From sequence record DRR723986_7321: 34,768 nt of DNA; one strand, 5' to 3'. The first letter of the stretch is position 1. Each line of letters opens with the position of its first letter. The translations under genes and the position numbers were made by a program. The notes under the pieces are model-generated. The model was not told the DNA's origin. It made no database searches and saw only the letters and a list, made by a program, of their open reading frames with translations. Shown piece after piece: positions 16,994 through 27,500 of this stretch.

Positions 16994-19138
16994 TCAAGCC
17001 AGATTGTCTTCCAGCTTTTTGCCTTGTGCAGCCAATTCAACCAGCATGCTGGCGGGCTTGAAACGCTCGCCGTACTTGGCGGCCAGTTCTTCACAACGCT
17101 TCACGAACTGGGGCAGACCCTTGGCGTTGATGAACTGCAACATGCCGCCTGTGAATGGCGCAAAACCCAATCCAAAAATTGAACCGATGTTGCCATCCGC
17201 TACGGAGCGCAACACTTTTTCCTGCAAGCAGCGTGCGGCTTCATTGGCCTGTATGTACATCAGGCGGTCCTGGATTTCTTGTGAGCTTGGCTGCTCTTTG
17301 GCCAGCGGGAATTCTTCGCTCAACCCCTTCCACAAAGTTTTGCCTGCGGGGGTGTAGTCGTAGAAGCCTTTGCCGTCTTTCTTGCCGATACGGCCATGCT
17401 TTTCAGCCACAGTAATCAGTGTTTTGTAACCTGGATGATCGGGGAAGGTTTGGCCCGCGGCTTCCATGTCTTTTTTGGTTTGCTTCATGATCAGCAAACT
17501 CAAGCTGAGTGACACTTCGTCGTACAAAGCCAAAGGTGGCATGGGCATGCCGGCTTCCAGACCTGCCATTTCGATGGAACGTGGGTGAACACCCTCGCCT
17601 ACCATGGCGGCTGCTTCCATCAGGAAGGTGCCAAAAACACGGCTGGTGAAGAAGCCGCGACTGTCGTTGACCACAATCGGTGTTTTGCCGATTTGCTGAA
17701 CATAGTCAAAGCCCTTGGCCAGAGTTTCATCGTCGGTCTTTTCACCCATGATGATTTCAACCAGCGGCATTTTGTCCACGGGGCTGAAGAAGTGCAAACC
17801 GATGAACTGGTTGGGGCGCTTGGACGCCTCGGCCAAGCCAGTGATTGGCAAAGTCGAGGTATTGGATGCATACACGGCTGTTGCAGGAATAACCGCTTCT
17901 GCCTTGGCAGTGACATCGGCTTTCACGGCACGGTCTTCGAACACCGCTTCAATCACCAAATCTGCACCTTCCAATTTGGAGTAGTCGGTGGTGGCAGTAA
18001 TCAGGTTCAGCAGTGCCTCTTTCTTTTCTGGGGTGCTGCGCTTTTTGGCAATGGCTTTGTCCAGCAGGTTGGTGCTGTAGGCTTTGCCCTTGTCCGCGCC
18101 TTCTTGCGTGGCGTCGATCAACACCACTTCAATGCCCACTTTCGCAGACACGTAAGCAATGCCCGCACCCATCATGCCTGCCCCCAGCACGCCAATTTTC
18201 TTGACCTTGCTTTTTGCGGGTGCGCTTGGGCGGCTTTGGCCTTTCTTGATGCTGTTGAGCTGATACCACAGCGTGTTCATCATGTTCTTGCTTTCTTGCG
18301 ACAACACACAAGCAGCAAAGTAACGGCTTTCCACTTTCAAACCGGTGTCGATGTCAGTAATGCCGCCTTCGAACACGCAGCTGGCAATGTGGGTCAGCGC
18401 GGGGTAGTTGCCGAATGCCTTGGCGTTGGCCATGCTCGGTGCAATCGCCCAAATCTGTGCAATGGCTGGGTGCTTGGAATCACCACCGGGAAATTTGAAG
18501 CCTTTCACGTCCCATGGCTGCAAGGCCTTGGGGTTGGCGAGGGCCCAGGCTTTGGCCTTGGCAATCATGTCTTCAATCGTGTCTGCGGTGTCTTGAATGA
18601 TGCCTTTTTTCACCGCCTGCTCAACGCGCAGTTCCGTGCCTTGGGTCATCATTTCCAGCGCACCCTGAATGCCAATCATGCGGGGCAAACGCTGTGTGCC
18701 ACCGCCACCGGGCAACAAGCCCAACTTCACTTCGGGCAAACCGAATTTGGCTTTGGGGTTGTTCAATGCGATGCGGTGGTTACAGGCCATGGCCAGTTCC
18801 AGACCGCCACCCAGCGCGGTGCCGTTCAAGGCACACACAATGGGCTTTTCGCACTTTTCCATGCGACGCAACAGGGTTTTGAAGGCTTCTGCCAAATCAA
18901 AGGCCTGCTGTGGGTCGGTAATTTTGTACACCGTGTCCAGGTCAGCGCCAGCCAGGAATTCTGGCTTGCCGGAAGTCAGCACCACACCCTTCACAGCTGC
19001 GTCGGTTTCGATGCGGGTCAGGGCTTCCGCAAACGGGCCCATCAATTCTTCATTCAATACGTTCATGGAACGGCCGGGCATGTCGAGCGTGACTACCGCG
19101 ATGCCATCCTGACCGAGTTCAAATTTCACTGCACTCAT
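16994..19138 (-). CDS. fadB: Fatty-acid oxidation complex alpha subunit (enoyl-CoA hydratase / 3-hydroxyacyl-CoA dehydrogenase, FadB/FadJ family)
   Basis: Crotonase motifs FLAGADL, ALGGGLE, GLPEVKLGLLPGGGGTQRL; NAD-binding GVLGAGMMGAG, IEAVFED, SNTSTLPI, GLHFFSP; GAAGGAG RBS before ATG 19138. Confidence 0.93.
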   Translation of the reverse strand: MSAVKFELGQDGIAVVTLDMPGRSMNVLNEELMGPFAEALTRIETDAAVKGVVLTSGKPEFLAGADLDTVYKITDPQQAFDLAEAFKTLLRRMEKCEKPIVCALNGTALGGGLELAMACNHRIALNNPKAKFGLPEVKLGLLPGGGGTQRLPRMIGIQGALEMMTQGTELRVEQAVKKGIIQDTADTIEDMIAKAKAWALANPKALQPWDVKGFKFPGGDSKHPAIAQIWAIAPSMANAKAFGNYPALTHIASCVFEGGITDIDTGLKVESRYFAACVLSQESKNMMNTLWYQLNSIKKGQSRPSAPAKSKVKKIGVLGAGMMGAGIAYVSAKVGIEVVLIDATQEGADKGKAYSTNLLDKAIAKKRSTPEKKEALLNLITATTDYSKLEGADLVIEAVFEDRAVKADVTAKAEAVIPATAVYASNTSTLPITGLAEASKRPNQFIGLHFFSPVDKMPLVEIIMGEKTDDETLAKGFDYVQQIGKTPIVVNDSRGFFTSRVFGTFLMEAAAMVGEGVHPRSIEMAGLEAGMPMPPLALYDEVSLSLSLLIMKQTKKDMEAAGQTFPDHPGYKTLITVAEKHGRIGKKDGKGFYDYTPAGKTLWKGLSEEFPLAKEQPSSQEIQDRLMYIQANEAARCLQEKVLRSVADGNIGSIFGLGFAPFTGGMLQFINAKGLPQFVKRCEELAAKYGERFKPASMLVELAAQGKKLEDNLA

Positions 19139-19159
19139 TGTTGTTTCTCCTTCGGCCAA

Positions 19160-20365
19160 TTAAATGCGTTCGATGATGGTGGCGATACCCATGCCGCCGC
19201 CCACACACAGTGTGGCCAGACCCAGGGTTTTGTCTTGCCGCTCAAGTTCATCGAGCAAAGTGCCCAAAATAATTGCGCCAGTTGCGCCCAGTGGGTGGCC
19301 CATGGCGATAGATCCGCCGTTCACGTTCACGCGGTCCAGGCTGACACCCAGGTTGCGTGCGGTTTGCATGGGTACCACAGCGAAGGCTTCATTGATTTCC
19401 CACAGGTCGATGTCAGAAGCTTTCAAGCCAGCTTTCTTCAAAGCCTTCTGACAAGCGGGAGTTGGGCCAGTCAGCATGATGGTGGGCTCAGAACCGATGA
19501 CAGCGGCCGCGCGAATGCGGGCGCGTGGCTTCAAACCAGCCTTGCGACCGGCTTCTTCACTACCCACCAATACCAAGGCAGCGCCGTCTACGATGCCGGA
19601 GCTGTTACCCGCATGGTGAATATGGTTGATGCTTTCAACGGTGGTGTACTTGCGCAGGGCGGTTGCGTTAAAGCCCATGCTGCCCATCATTGCAAATGAG
19701 GGCTGCAAAGTGGCCAGGCTTTCCACGGTAGCATTGCCACGAATGAATTCGTCATGATCCAGCATGATCAAGCCATTCAGGTCCTTCACAGGAACGCGGC
19801 TCTTGTTGAAACGGCCTTCAGCCTGAGCCTTGGCGGCACGGCGCTGGCTTTCCACGGCGTAGGTGTCTACATCGGTGCGGCTGAAGCCTTCCAGCGTACC
19901 GATCAGGTCAGCAGAAATACCCTGCGGGATAAAGCCCAGCTTGTCGTTGATACGGGGGTCCATGAACCAGGCACCGCCATCGCTGCCCATGGTCCAGCGG
20001 CTCATGCTTTCTACGCCACCCGCAACCACCATGTCTTCAAGACCGCTGCCCACCTTGGCTGCAGCCAGGTTGACTGATTCCAAACCGGAAGCGCAGAAAC
20101 GCGATTGGGTTACACCCGCAACAGTTTCAGCCCAACCAGCATCCAGTACTGCAGTGCGCGCAATGTCAGCGCCCTGCTCGCCCACTGGGGTTACGCAACC
20201 CAGCACCACGTCGTCAACCAGGCTGGTGTCCAGATCATTGCGTTGCTGCAAAGCGGTCAGCAGGTTATTCAACAACCAAACTGGTGTGGCCTGGTGCAGG
20301 CTGCCGTCTTTTTTACCTTTGCCCCGTGGGGTTCTTACTGCGTCAAATATCAGTGCCGATGGCAT
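19160..20365 (-). CDS. fadA: Acetyl-CoA C-acyltransferase (thiolase)
   Basis: RFCASG catalytic Cys, [23 protein letters not shown]. Confidence 0.93.
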   Translation of the reverse strand: MPSALIFDAVRTPRGKGKKDGSLHQATPVWLLNNLLTALQQRNDLDTSLVDDVVLGCVTPVGEQGADIARTAVLDAGWAETVAGVTQSRFCASGLESVNLAAAKVGSGLEDMVVAGGVESMSRWTMGSDGGAWFMDPRINDKLGFIPQGISADLIGTLEGFSRTDVDTYAVESQRRAAKAQAEGRFNKSRVPVKDLNGLIMLDHDEFIRGNATVESLATLQPSFAMMGSMGFNATALRKYTTVESINHIHHAGNSSGIVDGAALVLVGSEEAGRKAGLKPRARIRAAAVIGSEPTIMLTGPTPACQKALKKAGLKASDIDLWEINEAFAVVPMQTARNLGVSLDRVNVNGGSIAMGHPLGATGAIILGTLLDELERQDKTLGLATLCVGGGMGIATIIERI

Positions 20366-20388
20366 CTGTGCCTCCTGGATTTTCTGGA

Positions 20389-20494
20389 TTCGGTAACGGA
20401 AATTACCGAAGGTATCGTGAATTCTTCACAGTCCAGAATGGCGATGTGCAAATGCACAATCAACCCAAGAAGTTACTTTAGAGTGTCACCTCTA
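20389..20494. promoter_or_regulatory. Candidate operator palindromes in the fadA/TetR divergent region
   Basis: TTCGGTAA-N6-TTACCGAA (20389-20410), TGTGCA-AA-TGCACA (20445-20458), TAGAG-N6-CTCTA (20479-20494). Confidence 0.45.
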
Positions 20495-20636
20495 TGAATA
20501 TGGTAATCTAGCTTACCGTTTTTTGATCACCTTTGCGGTGTTGAACGGAATACAGGTTGACCAAACCGACACAGGTACCCGATGATTCGCTTTTTGATTG
20601 AACCCATAAAACTCCCGTCAAGCGGGTCTGGCGACC

Positions 20637-21263
20637 ATGAACGCAAGCGCAAGCCACCACAACACTGATGCCAACGCCAACCCGGCAACCATGCGAAAGG
20701 CCACACTGGATCGCATCGAGAATGCTGTACTGGAGCTGTTTACCAACCATGACTTCAATAGCGTCCCATTGATTGAGGTGGCGCGAACGGCGAATGTTTC
20801 CCTGCAAACCATTTACAAGTACTTTGGCAGCAAGGAACAGTTGGTGGCTTACGTGCTGGATGCCACATTGAGCCGATTGGCCGACCGCATGATTGACCAC
20901 CTTGAGGGTATTGAGGATTACCGTGAACGCCTGCGCAAAACCCTGTGGGTGATGCTGGACTACTTTGACAAGCACCCAAAGGTTATTTTGCTGCTGACTG
21001 TTTCGATACCCGCCAGCCGCTACCAAGACCTGCCCGTCTACGAGAGCCCGGAACTGATGGGTGCCTTTCTGGGCATGCTCAAAGAAGGACAGCACAAGGG
21101 AGTATTTAACAACACGGTGTCAAGCAAAATGCTGCTGGATGTTTTTATGGGCGTGTTTGGCCGTGTCGCGCAAATGCACTTTCTACGCAAAGAGAGTCAC
21201 AAGCTGATAGATCAATTCGACGACCTGTTCGGTATTTTGTGGGGGGCATTAAAAGCGGCCTGA
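20637..21263 (+). CDS. TetR/AcrR-family transcriptional regulator
   Basis: HTH IENAVLELF...VARTANVSLQTIYKYFGSKEQL; divergent from the beta-oxidation operon. Confidence 0.92.
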   Translation: MNASASHHNTDANANPATMRKATLDRIENAVLELFTNHDFNSVPLIEVARTANVSLQTIYKYFGSKEQLVAYVLDATLSRLADRMIDHLEGIEDYRERLRKTLWVMLDYFDKHPKVILLLTVSIPASRYQDLPVYESPELMGAFLGMLKEGQHKGVFNNTVSSKMLLDVFMGVFGRVAQMHFLRKESHKLIDQFDDLFGILWGALKAA

Positions 21264-21322
21264 TCGGGAACTGACACCTCGAGCCTCACCACTCAATTGC
21301 ACCGGGGCAGATTTCCAACGCC

Positions 21323-22612
21323 ATGTCAGCGAATATTGAACCATCCCACTGTGCATTATCCAACGCCAGCCTGTGGCAGCGCCTGCAACACCAAGCCACG
21401 GCCCCCTCAATTGCAGGGGGCGCTCTACGGGCCAACAGCCCATCCAGTCATCACCTGCCCAGCGTGAACCCGACAGGTAAAACATGGAGTGAGTTCACCC
21501 AGTCAAAAATTGCACACCAGCCGTATGTGCAGCAGCTCAATGAATCCATCAAAAGCGTACGCGAGTTTATTCAACAACACGCCGCCCATGGACCTCAAAC
21601 ACAAAAGGCATTGGGCAAGATTCAAGATTTCGCAGCCACCAAAATCAATTGCCGCCCTGCGTCACTCACGCCGCTCATGGTCAATGAAAACAGACGCAAC
21701 CTTTGGTTGATTGCACAACAGCTTCAAAACGAATCCATCCCGCTTGCGCAACGCATCGGGCTTGCCTTGACGCTTGCGGAGGGCCTGGATGTCTGTGCTG
21801 AAGGGGTTAGCCTCAACATATTGAGCTGTGCCAGCGAACTGATTAATCCACAGCAGGGGCTTGCAGGCTTGATCATTCACATCAAAAACCAGCTAATCGA
21901 TCAGCAGTTGTTGCAACTGGTGAGGTACATCGACAACAAGCAATTAAGTCCGGGGCAGGCCAAAGCACTGGAGATTCATCATGTGCAAGCCCTGAAAAAC
22001 CACGTGGCCAACCAATGGGGGTTGACTGTTGTTTCCGACCGCTATGCGACCGAGACGTACCAACAGCAAGTGGGGCCGATGGCCGCTTTGCTTTTGGAGA
22101 AAACAATCACCCCAGCCGCACTGGCCTACCTCGTGGCAGATCAAATTGGCGAAAAACTCACCGAATTCACGAGTCAAAACCTGAAGACAGGCATGGCCTG
22201 CGGAGAATTGAAAACCGAACCGCTGCGGCGACTGATGCAAGCCGAATTTGGCGCCAACATTGATCTACAACACTGCCTGCAATTCAGCGACGATTACTCG
22301 ACTGTGACGCTTCAATCCCGCCGGGCTCTGGCAAGCCACGCGATTGAGGCTTTCCAGAGAATCGGGCTACTGCCTGCAGATGCCTCACCGCGTTTCCTGC
22401 TGTCCCAACAAGAATTACCGACCCATCAAGCAATTGAGCAAACAAGTCATTTGGCGAGATATCTGGCTTCAGAGCCAGCAACCTGGGGCTCATCGCCCTG
22501 GAATACCTCTTTCTGGTTGGGACAGACTCTGCTGCATGGCTTTTCGAAAGACGATTCAGACGACGAACGCAGAAAATCAGAAAGACACCATATTGGTGCA
22601 AAAACCGCTTAA
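21323..22612 (+). CDS. Hypothetical helical protein, effector-like; possible remote NEL-type domain
   Basis: 429-aa ORF filling the space between tetR and amt; Ser/Pro/Ala-rich N-terminus; motifs DVCAEGVSL and EIHHVQALKNHVANQWGL. Confidence 0.65.
   Translation: MSANIEPSHCALSNASLWQRLQHQATAPSIAGGALRANSPSSHHLPSVNPTGKTWSEFTQSKIAHQPYVQQLNESIKSVREFIQQHAAHGPQTQKALGKIQDFAATKINCRPASLTPLMVNENRRNLWLIAQQLQNESIPLAQRIGLALTLAEGLDVCAEGVSLNILSCASELINPQQGLAGLIIHIKNQLIDQQLLQLVRYIDNKQLSPGQAKALEIHHVQALKNHVANQWGLTVVSDRYATETYQQQVGPMAALLLEKTITPAALAYLVADQIGEKLTEFTSQNLKTGMACGELKTEPLRRLMQAEFGANIDLQHCLQFSDDYSTVTLQSRRALASHAIEAFQRIGLLPADASPRFLLSQQELPTHQAIEQTSHLARYLASEPATWGSSPWNTSFWLGQTLLHGFSKDDSDDERRKSERHHIGAKTA
22584..22600. 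promoter_or_regulatory. NtrC-type binding site
   Basis: GACACCA-TAT-TGGTGCA against consensus TGCACCA-N3-TGGTGCA (12/14), upstream of an ammonium transporter. Confidence 0.65.
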
Positions 22613-22617
22613 AAAGT

Positions 22618-22633
22618 GGGCATTGTTTTTGCA
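22618..22633 (+). promoter_or_regulatory. Sigma54 (-24/-12) promoter for amt
   Basis: GGGCAT-TGTTT-TTGCA: GG at 22619-20 and GC at 22631-32 with exact 10-nt spacing, ~45 bp before the amt start. Confidence 0.7.
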
Positions 22634-22676
22634 GCTAATGCCCCACTTTTAACCAAAAACCTGAAAATTCACCAAA

Positions 22677-23882
22677 ATGGAACAAATTACTCTCGCACTG
22701 GACACTCTTTTTGTGCTTCTAGGCGCCATCATGGTGCTTGCAATGCACGCCGGTTTTGCATTTCTGGAAGTGGGCACAGTGCGCCACAAAAACCAGGTCA
22801 ATGCACTTGTCAAAATTCTGGCTGATTTTTCCGTCAGCACCATCAGCTACTTCTTCATCGGTTATGCCATTGCTTATGGCGTGGGTTTTTACGAACCCGC
22901 CACCGTGCTCAATGAGGGCAACGGCTATTCACTGGTGAAGTTCTTTTTTCTGCTGACCTTCGCAGCGGCCATTCCCGCGATTGTGTCGGGTGGCATTGCC
23001 GAACGCGCGCGCTTTGTGCCCCAATTGGTGGCTACCGCGGCGTTGGTGGGTTTGGTTTACCCTGTGTTTGAAGGCATGGTCTGGAATGGCAACTACGGCT
23101 TTCAGGAATGGCTGATTGCCAGCTTTGGTGCCCCCTTCATGGATTTCGCGGGCAGCGTGGTGGTTCACGCCGTGGGTGGCTGGATCGCTTTGGCTGCCGT
23201 GTTGCTGCTGGGCTCACGCCGTGGCCGCTACACCAAAGACGGACGCATCAGCTCGCACCCGCCGTCATCCATCCCCTTCCTTGCACTGGGCAGCTGGGTG
23301 CTGGCAGTAGGTTGGTTCGGTTTTAACGTGATGAGCGCCCAGAAAATTGAAGGCATTTCGGGCCTGGTGGCGGTCAACAGCCTGATGGCGATGGTGGGAG
23401 GCACTTTGGGTGCCCTGGCTGCAGGCCGCAACGACCCAGGCTTTGCCTACAACGGCCCCCTGGCTGGCTTGGTGGCCGTGTGTGCAGGCAGCAACATCAT
23501 GCACCCGCTGGGATCGCTGGCTGTGGGCTCCATCGCAGGCGTGCTATTTGTGTACATGTTCACCTTCACGCAAAACCGCTTGAAAGTTGACGATGTATTG
23601 GGTGTGTGGCCATTGCACGGCATTTGCGGCGCCTTCGGCGGTATCGCGGCAGGTGTGTTTGGCCAGCAAGCCTTGGGCGGCATGGGCGGAGTGTCGTTCA
23701 TGAGCCAATTGATCGGCACAGTGGCCGGCGTAGCATTTGCCTTGCTGGGTGGCTTTGTGGTGTATGGCGTGCTGAAAATGACAGTGGGCATTCGCCTGAA
23801 TGACGAAGAGGAATTCAACGGTGCCGACCTGACCATTCACAAGGTCAGTGCCAGCCCCGAGCGTGAAACCAGCAGTTGGTAA
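22677..23882 (+). CDS. amt: Ammonium transporter (Amt family)
   Basis: GFAFLEVG, IVSGGIAER, DFAGSVVVH, GWFGFN, DDVLGVWPLHG (both conserved His); no glnK adjacent. Confidence 0.95.
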   Translation: MEQITLALDTLFVLLGAIMVLAMHAGFAFLEVGTVRHKNQVNALVKILADFSVSTISYFFIGYAIAYGVGFYEPATVLNEGNGYSLVKFFFLLTFAAAIPAIVSGGIAERARFVPQLVATAALVGLVYPVFEGMVWNGNYGFQEWLIASFGAPFMDFAGSVVVHAVGGWIALAAVLLLGSRRGRYTKDGRISSHPPSSIPFLALGSWVLAVGWFGFNVMSAQKIEGISGLVAVNSLMAMVGGTLGALAAGRNDPGFAYNGPLAGLVAVCAGSNIMHPLGSLAVGSIAGVLFVYMFTFTQNRLKVDDVLGVWPLHGICGAFGGIAAGVFGQQALGGMGGVSFMSQLIGTVAGVAFALLGGFVVYGVLKMTVGIRLNDEEEFNGADLTIHKVSASPERETSSW

Positions 23883-23897
23883 TTCACCGGCAGATAT

Positions 23898-24599
23898 TTA
23901 TTTCGACATGATCTCCAGGGCTTCTGAATAGAAGTCCCTGCGGATCAACACAAACACAATCAGCGCACTAAAGGCCATCAGTAAACCTGGATGAATCATC
24001 CAGGTGACCGAGGCGATACCGAAGTAATAACTGCGCAACCCGCGGTTGAATTCATCACCGGCCAGGCTGTTAATGCGAGCCATGCGCAACACATAGGCCT
24101 CGTTGTATTCCTTGTCCGGATTACCGTCGGGCGCAGCCCCCACCAAAATAGTCAGCAGGTTGAACTGACGCAAACTCCACGTGAATTTAAAGTAAGCCAC
24201 CACAAACACGGTGAGCACCAGCAACACTTTGATTTCCATCAAACCGCGGCTCACCTCCCGGCTAAACGGCAAGTCACTGGTGATGTTGACCAGCTGATCC
24301 AGCGTACCCAACAGGGCGAATAAACCCGCAATGATGTAGATCGTGGTGTTGGCATAGAAGGTAACACTGTTGACCAGGTTGCCAATCAGCGCGGTATCTC
24401 CCACCCGGTTGCTGCGAGCAAGCATTTCACGCGCCCACAGTTTGCGGAACTCATGCGTTTTTTGCGCCAAACCATGACGACCGAACCGGCTGCGGCCATC
24501 GAACACATAGTTGTAACCCCGAAAGCAAATCACAAAAAATGCCACCGCGATCCAGTCGAATACGGTGAGTAGGGAAATTGCGGTTTGAACAGCCGTCAT
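23898..24599 (-). CDS. DUF599-family membrane protein
   Basis: FRKLW...M, YFKFTWSLRQFN, FNRGLRSYYF motifs; ATG 24599 forms an ATGA overlap with the stop of the upstream glycosyltransferase gene. Confidence 0.8.
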   Translation of the reverse strand: MTAVQTAISLLTVFDWIAVAFFVICFRGYNYVFDGRSRFGRHGLAQKTHEFRKLWAREMLARSNRVGDTALIGNLVNSVTFYANTTIYIIAGLFALLGTLDQLVNITSDLPFSREVSRGLMEIKVLLVLTVFVVAYFKFTWSLRQFNLLTILVGAAPDGNPDKEYNEAYVLRMARINSLAGDEFNRGLRSYYFGIASVTWMIHPGLLMAFSALIVFVLIRRDFYSEALEIMSK

Positions 24600-27500
24600 G
24601 ACGACACTCCAACAACAGAGAACAATTGACGCCAATGGTGTGCCGCTTCGGCATGGCTGAAACGGCTCGCAGAAGCAAAGGCCTTTTTGCTTAAGCCTTC
24701 ATGAAATTCGTAACTATCAAAAACAGAAAGTATTTGATCCGCGAGCGCATCTGTATCCCCAAATGGCGCTAACAAACCAGTTTCACCGTGCACGATCAAA
24801 TGCGAGGGGCCATACGGCACGTCAAAAGCAATTGCAGGGCATGCGTGGCAAAGACTTTCCATAATGGCCAGTGAGTAAGCCTCGGCCTGGCTGGTCAACA
24901 AGGACAAACCTGCACGCGTGTAATGGGCCGCAGGATCATCGGTCCACTCATTCAAACCAACATGATTCTGCAAGCCCAGCGATTCCAGCTGAGTCTTCAA
25001 ATCAGACAACAGGGAGTTTCCCGCAACCGCGAAACCGTAAAAATCAAGACGCGCCTCAGGATACTTCGCCACCACTTTGGCGAAAGCGGCGATTGCCAGG
25101 TGATGATTTTTCTCGGGGCTGTATCTGGCCATGGAAACAATTCGAAATCGGTCCCGAGTCTTGAACTCCGGAATTGAGTTTTTTATCTCACATGAATGGC
25201 CGATGGGAAATAGTTGCCCAGCCCCATATCGTGCAGTGATGTCATTCATTTGTTGATCGGTCAACGTAATGACTGCATCCGGACGCTTGATGTCGTGCAA
25301 GATATCCCTGAAATTGGAGTTGGTTGGACTCGTGGCCATATCTGCCACAGTGTGCGTATGGAGAGCGTGAATAACAGGCACCACTGCCACCTGACCTGGC
25401 GATTCCCGATGCAAGTGATCACGCGCAGTCACCGCAGGCAAGTACCAATACCGATTTTTATCAACGACCAACACATGTTTACCGCCTCGGCTCTTGAGCA
25501 TGGCTTGCAGGGCAAAAGTCAACCATTCTGACTCACTGAACCAACAGGCCAGCAGCACCCCAGTTGAATCGTACAGGCGAATATTTGACAGCTGTGGCTT
25601 GTTGTCAATTCGCTTGTAAAGCTTCACAAAAGCCAGTGAGCCACCTGGGCGCAAGTAGTGTTCATGATTCACCGCGCCAGTTGAATCCAGGTACTGAATG
25701 CAACTTAAAAATCCACGACTATCGTAATAATCCTTTCTGAACTTCACCCCGTCAGAAAAATGATTGATGTGAATCAGCGCGTCGTTCACAGGATTGCGAA
25801 CCACGTACATCAGCAGTTGTCCTTGCGGGCTCGTGACGCGAATATCCCGCCTGTCGGCGACCAGCTGACTGCGAAGCATTGGATTGTCAAAGAGCGATTG
25901 TCCGGTATTCAGTCGCGCCGGGACCTCTTCCGCATCTTGAAAATAATCATGAACAGACCGACACACCGAGGACTCAGGCAAAGCCTTGTTGGCCACCAAC
26001 TTCTCGATTGACTCCTGCAATCGTGGGTTATAGCGACAGGTCAACAACACTGGTCGCACATGCATCTCTCGCTCAAAAACCCGATATCGAAGCAGCGCTG
26101 CATTCTCAACGCCAGAACGCTGAAAACCAAAGTTCTGATTGAGAAACCAAAAAGTAGTCTCCTCAATTTTGGCGTTCAAGGAAACTTTTGGTCTGGCCTC
26201 TTTTTGACCGGGGTTCAACTCGCCCTGCATCAAAAATTTTCGGTAAGCCACCAGGCCCGATACATAGTGCTCCACATCGTCAATGCGCACCCGGTAGGCA
26301 TGATGCCGAATAAAGAATGAACCGTTCAGCGTGTCCGGTTTCGCAAAATACATGGCCCATTCAGGCCAAAAATAACCGGTGGTCAAATAATTGGCGCGCC
26401 AGTGCAAGGCTCGGTAAAACTTCTCGGTGTCCACCTGTGCATACAGGTCAGCAAACTCCGGCATGGCTTGCAAACGCGAGAGCATTTGTTGGGCGGCCAT
26501 CATCAACTCGAGCAAGGTGGGGAAAGTGGTGATGCGTGTCAGCACGAAATCCAGGTGATTCGCGAAATTGCGAATTCCAAACTCAAAGTACTCTCGCTTG
26601 GGTCGGTACAGGGTGAGCTCATTGACGCAATAGCTCATCCAGTGATCATTCGCTTTCCAGTGGCGAGCTTCAATAAAGTATTCGAATGCCAACTCCACCG
26701 CTTGAAGCCACCTGGATCGACGGGTGATTTTGTACAAACGCATAAGCGCGAATGCAGCTTCCCCGTCATAGTAAATAATCCTGAAGTGTTCCTTGATGGA
26801 AAGATCAGGGTAGTTAAGCACATGCACAAAGCGGCGACTGGCTGGATTGAGCATGGCCACAATGCCTTGGGCCAGCTGCTCCATCAATTCAATGTATTCG
26901 GTGGTGCCTGTCAGTTCGGTGTACTTCGCCAGCGCGAGAATACATACAGCATTCCCACCCAACTTGATTTCATTGCCGGTATCGACCAGAAAAGCCGCCT
27001 GAATGCCGCCACTTAACGGCATGCGCTTGATCAACTCCTGCGTCAAACAGCGCAGCGAGCGATCAATCGCAGACTTTAAAAATGTACTTTGCGTGACTTC
27101 CCACGCCTCAATCATTGCGTAGGTGGAACTTGCATGACGAAGCGTGTTGTAGGTTGGAATTTCCTTGTTGAAGCATGGAAACAATCCGTATACAAACCGG
27201 CCGCTGTCTTTGACTTGACGGGCGAGAAACTCACTGGCATTCAATACCAGCGATGTGCTTGCTTGCACATCCAGATCGGGTAACTTACGCCGTCCAGTTG
27301 CTACACCGAAAGGTTCAAGTGCATGCACCATTTCGTCGGCACCCAGGTAAGCGCCTTGTGTAGAAAACAGGTAGACAGGCTCTTGATCACCATGAGTCAA
27401 TACAAATGACTGGCCATACTTTTTTCGAGCATACTTTTCAAAGTTGCCAACATTCAGTTGGGCAAACTCCTCTTCTGATCCACCATAGAGCATGGCATTG

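Noticed and set aside
17585-19699. 704-aa ORF on the + strand
   Set aside because: Antisense shadow of fadB/fadA; no recognisable motifs, and such shadow frames are expected from the codon bias of the real genes
20508-21095. 195-aa minus-strand ORF
   Set aside because: Antisense to the clear TetR gene
21216-21231. TTCG...TTCG upstream of the effector-like ORF as a PIP/hrpII box
   Set aside because: Spacing is 8 nt rather than 15-16 and it lies within tetR coding sequence
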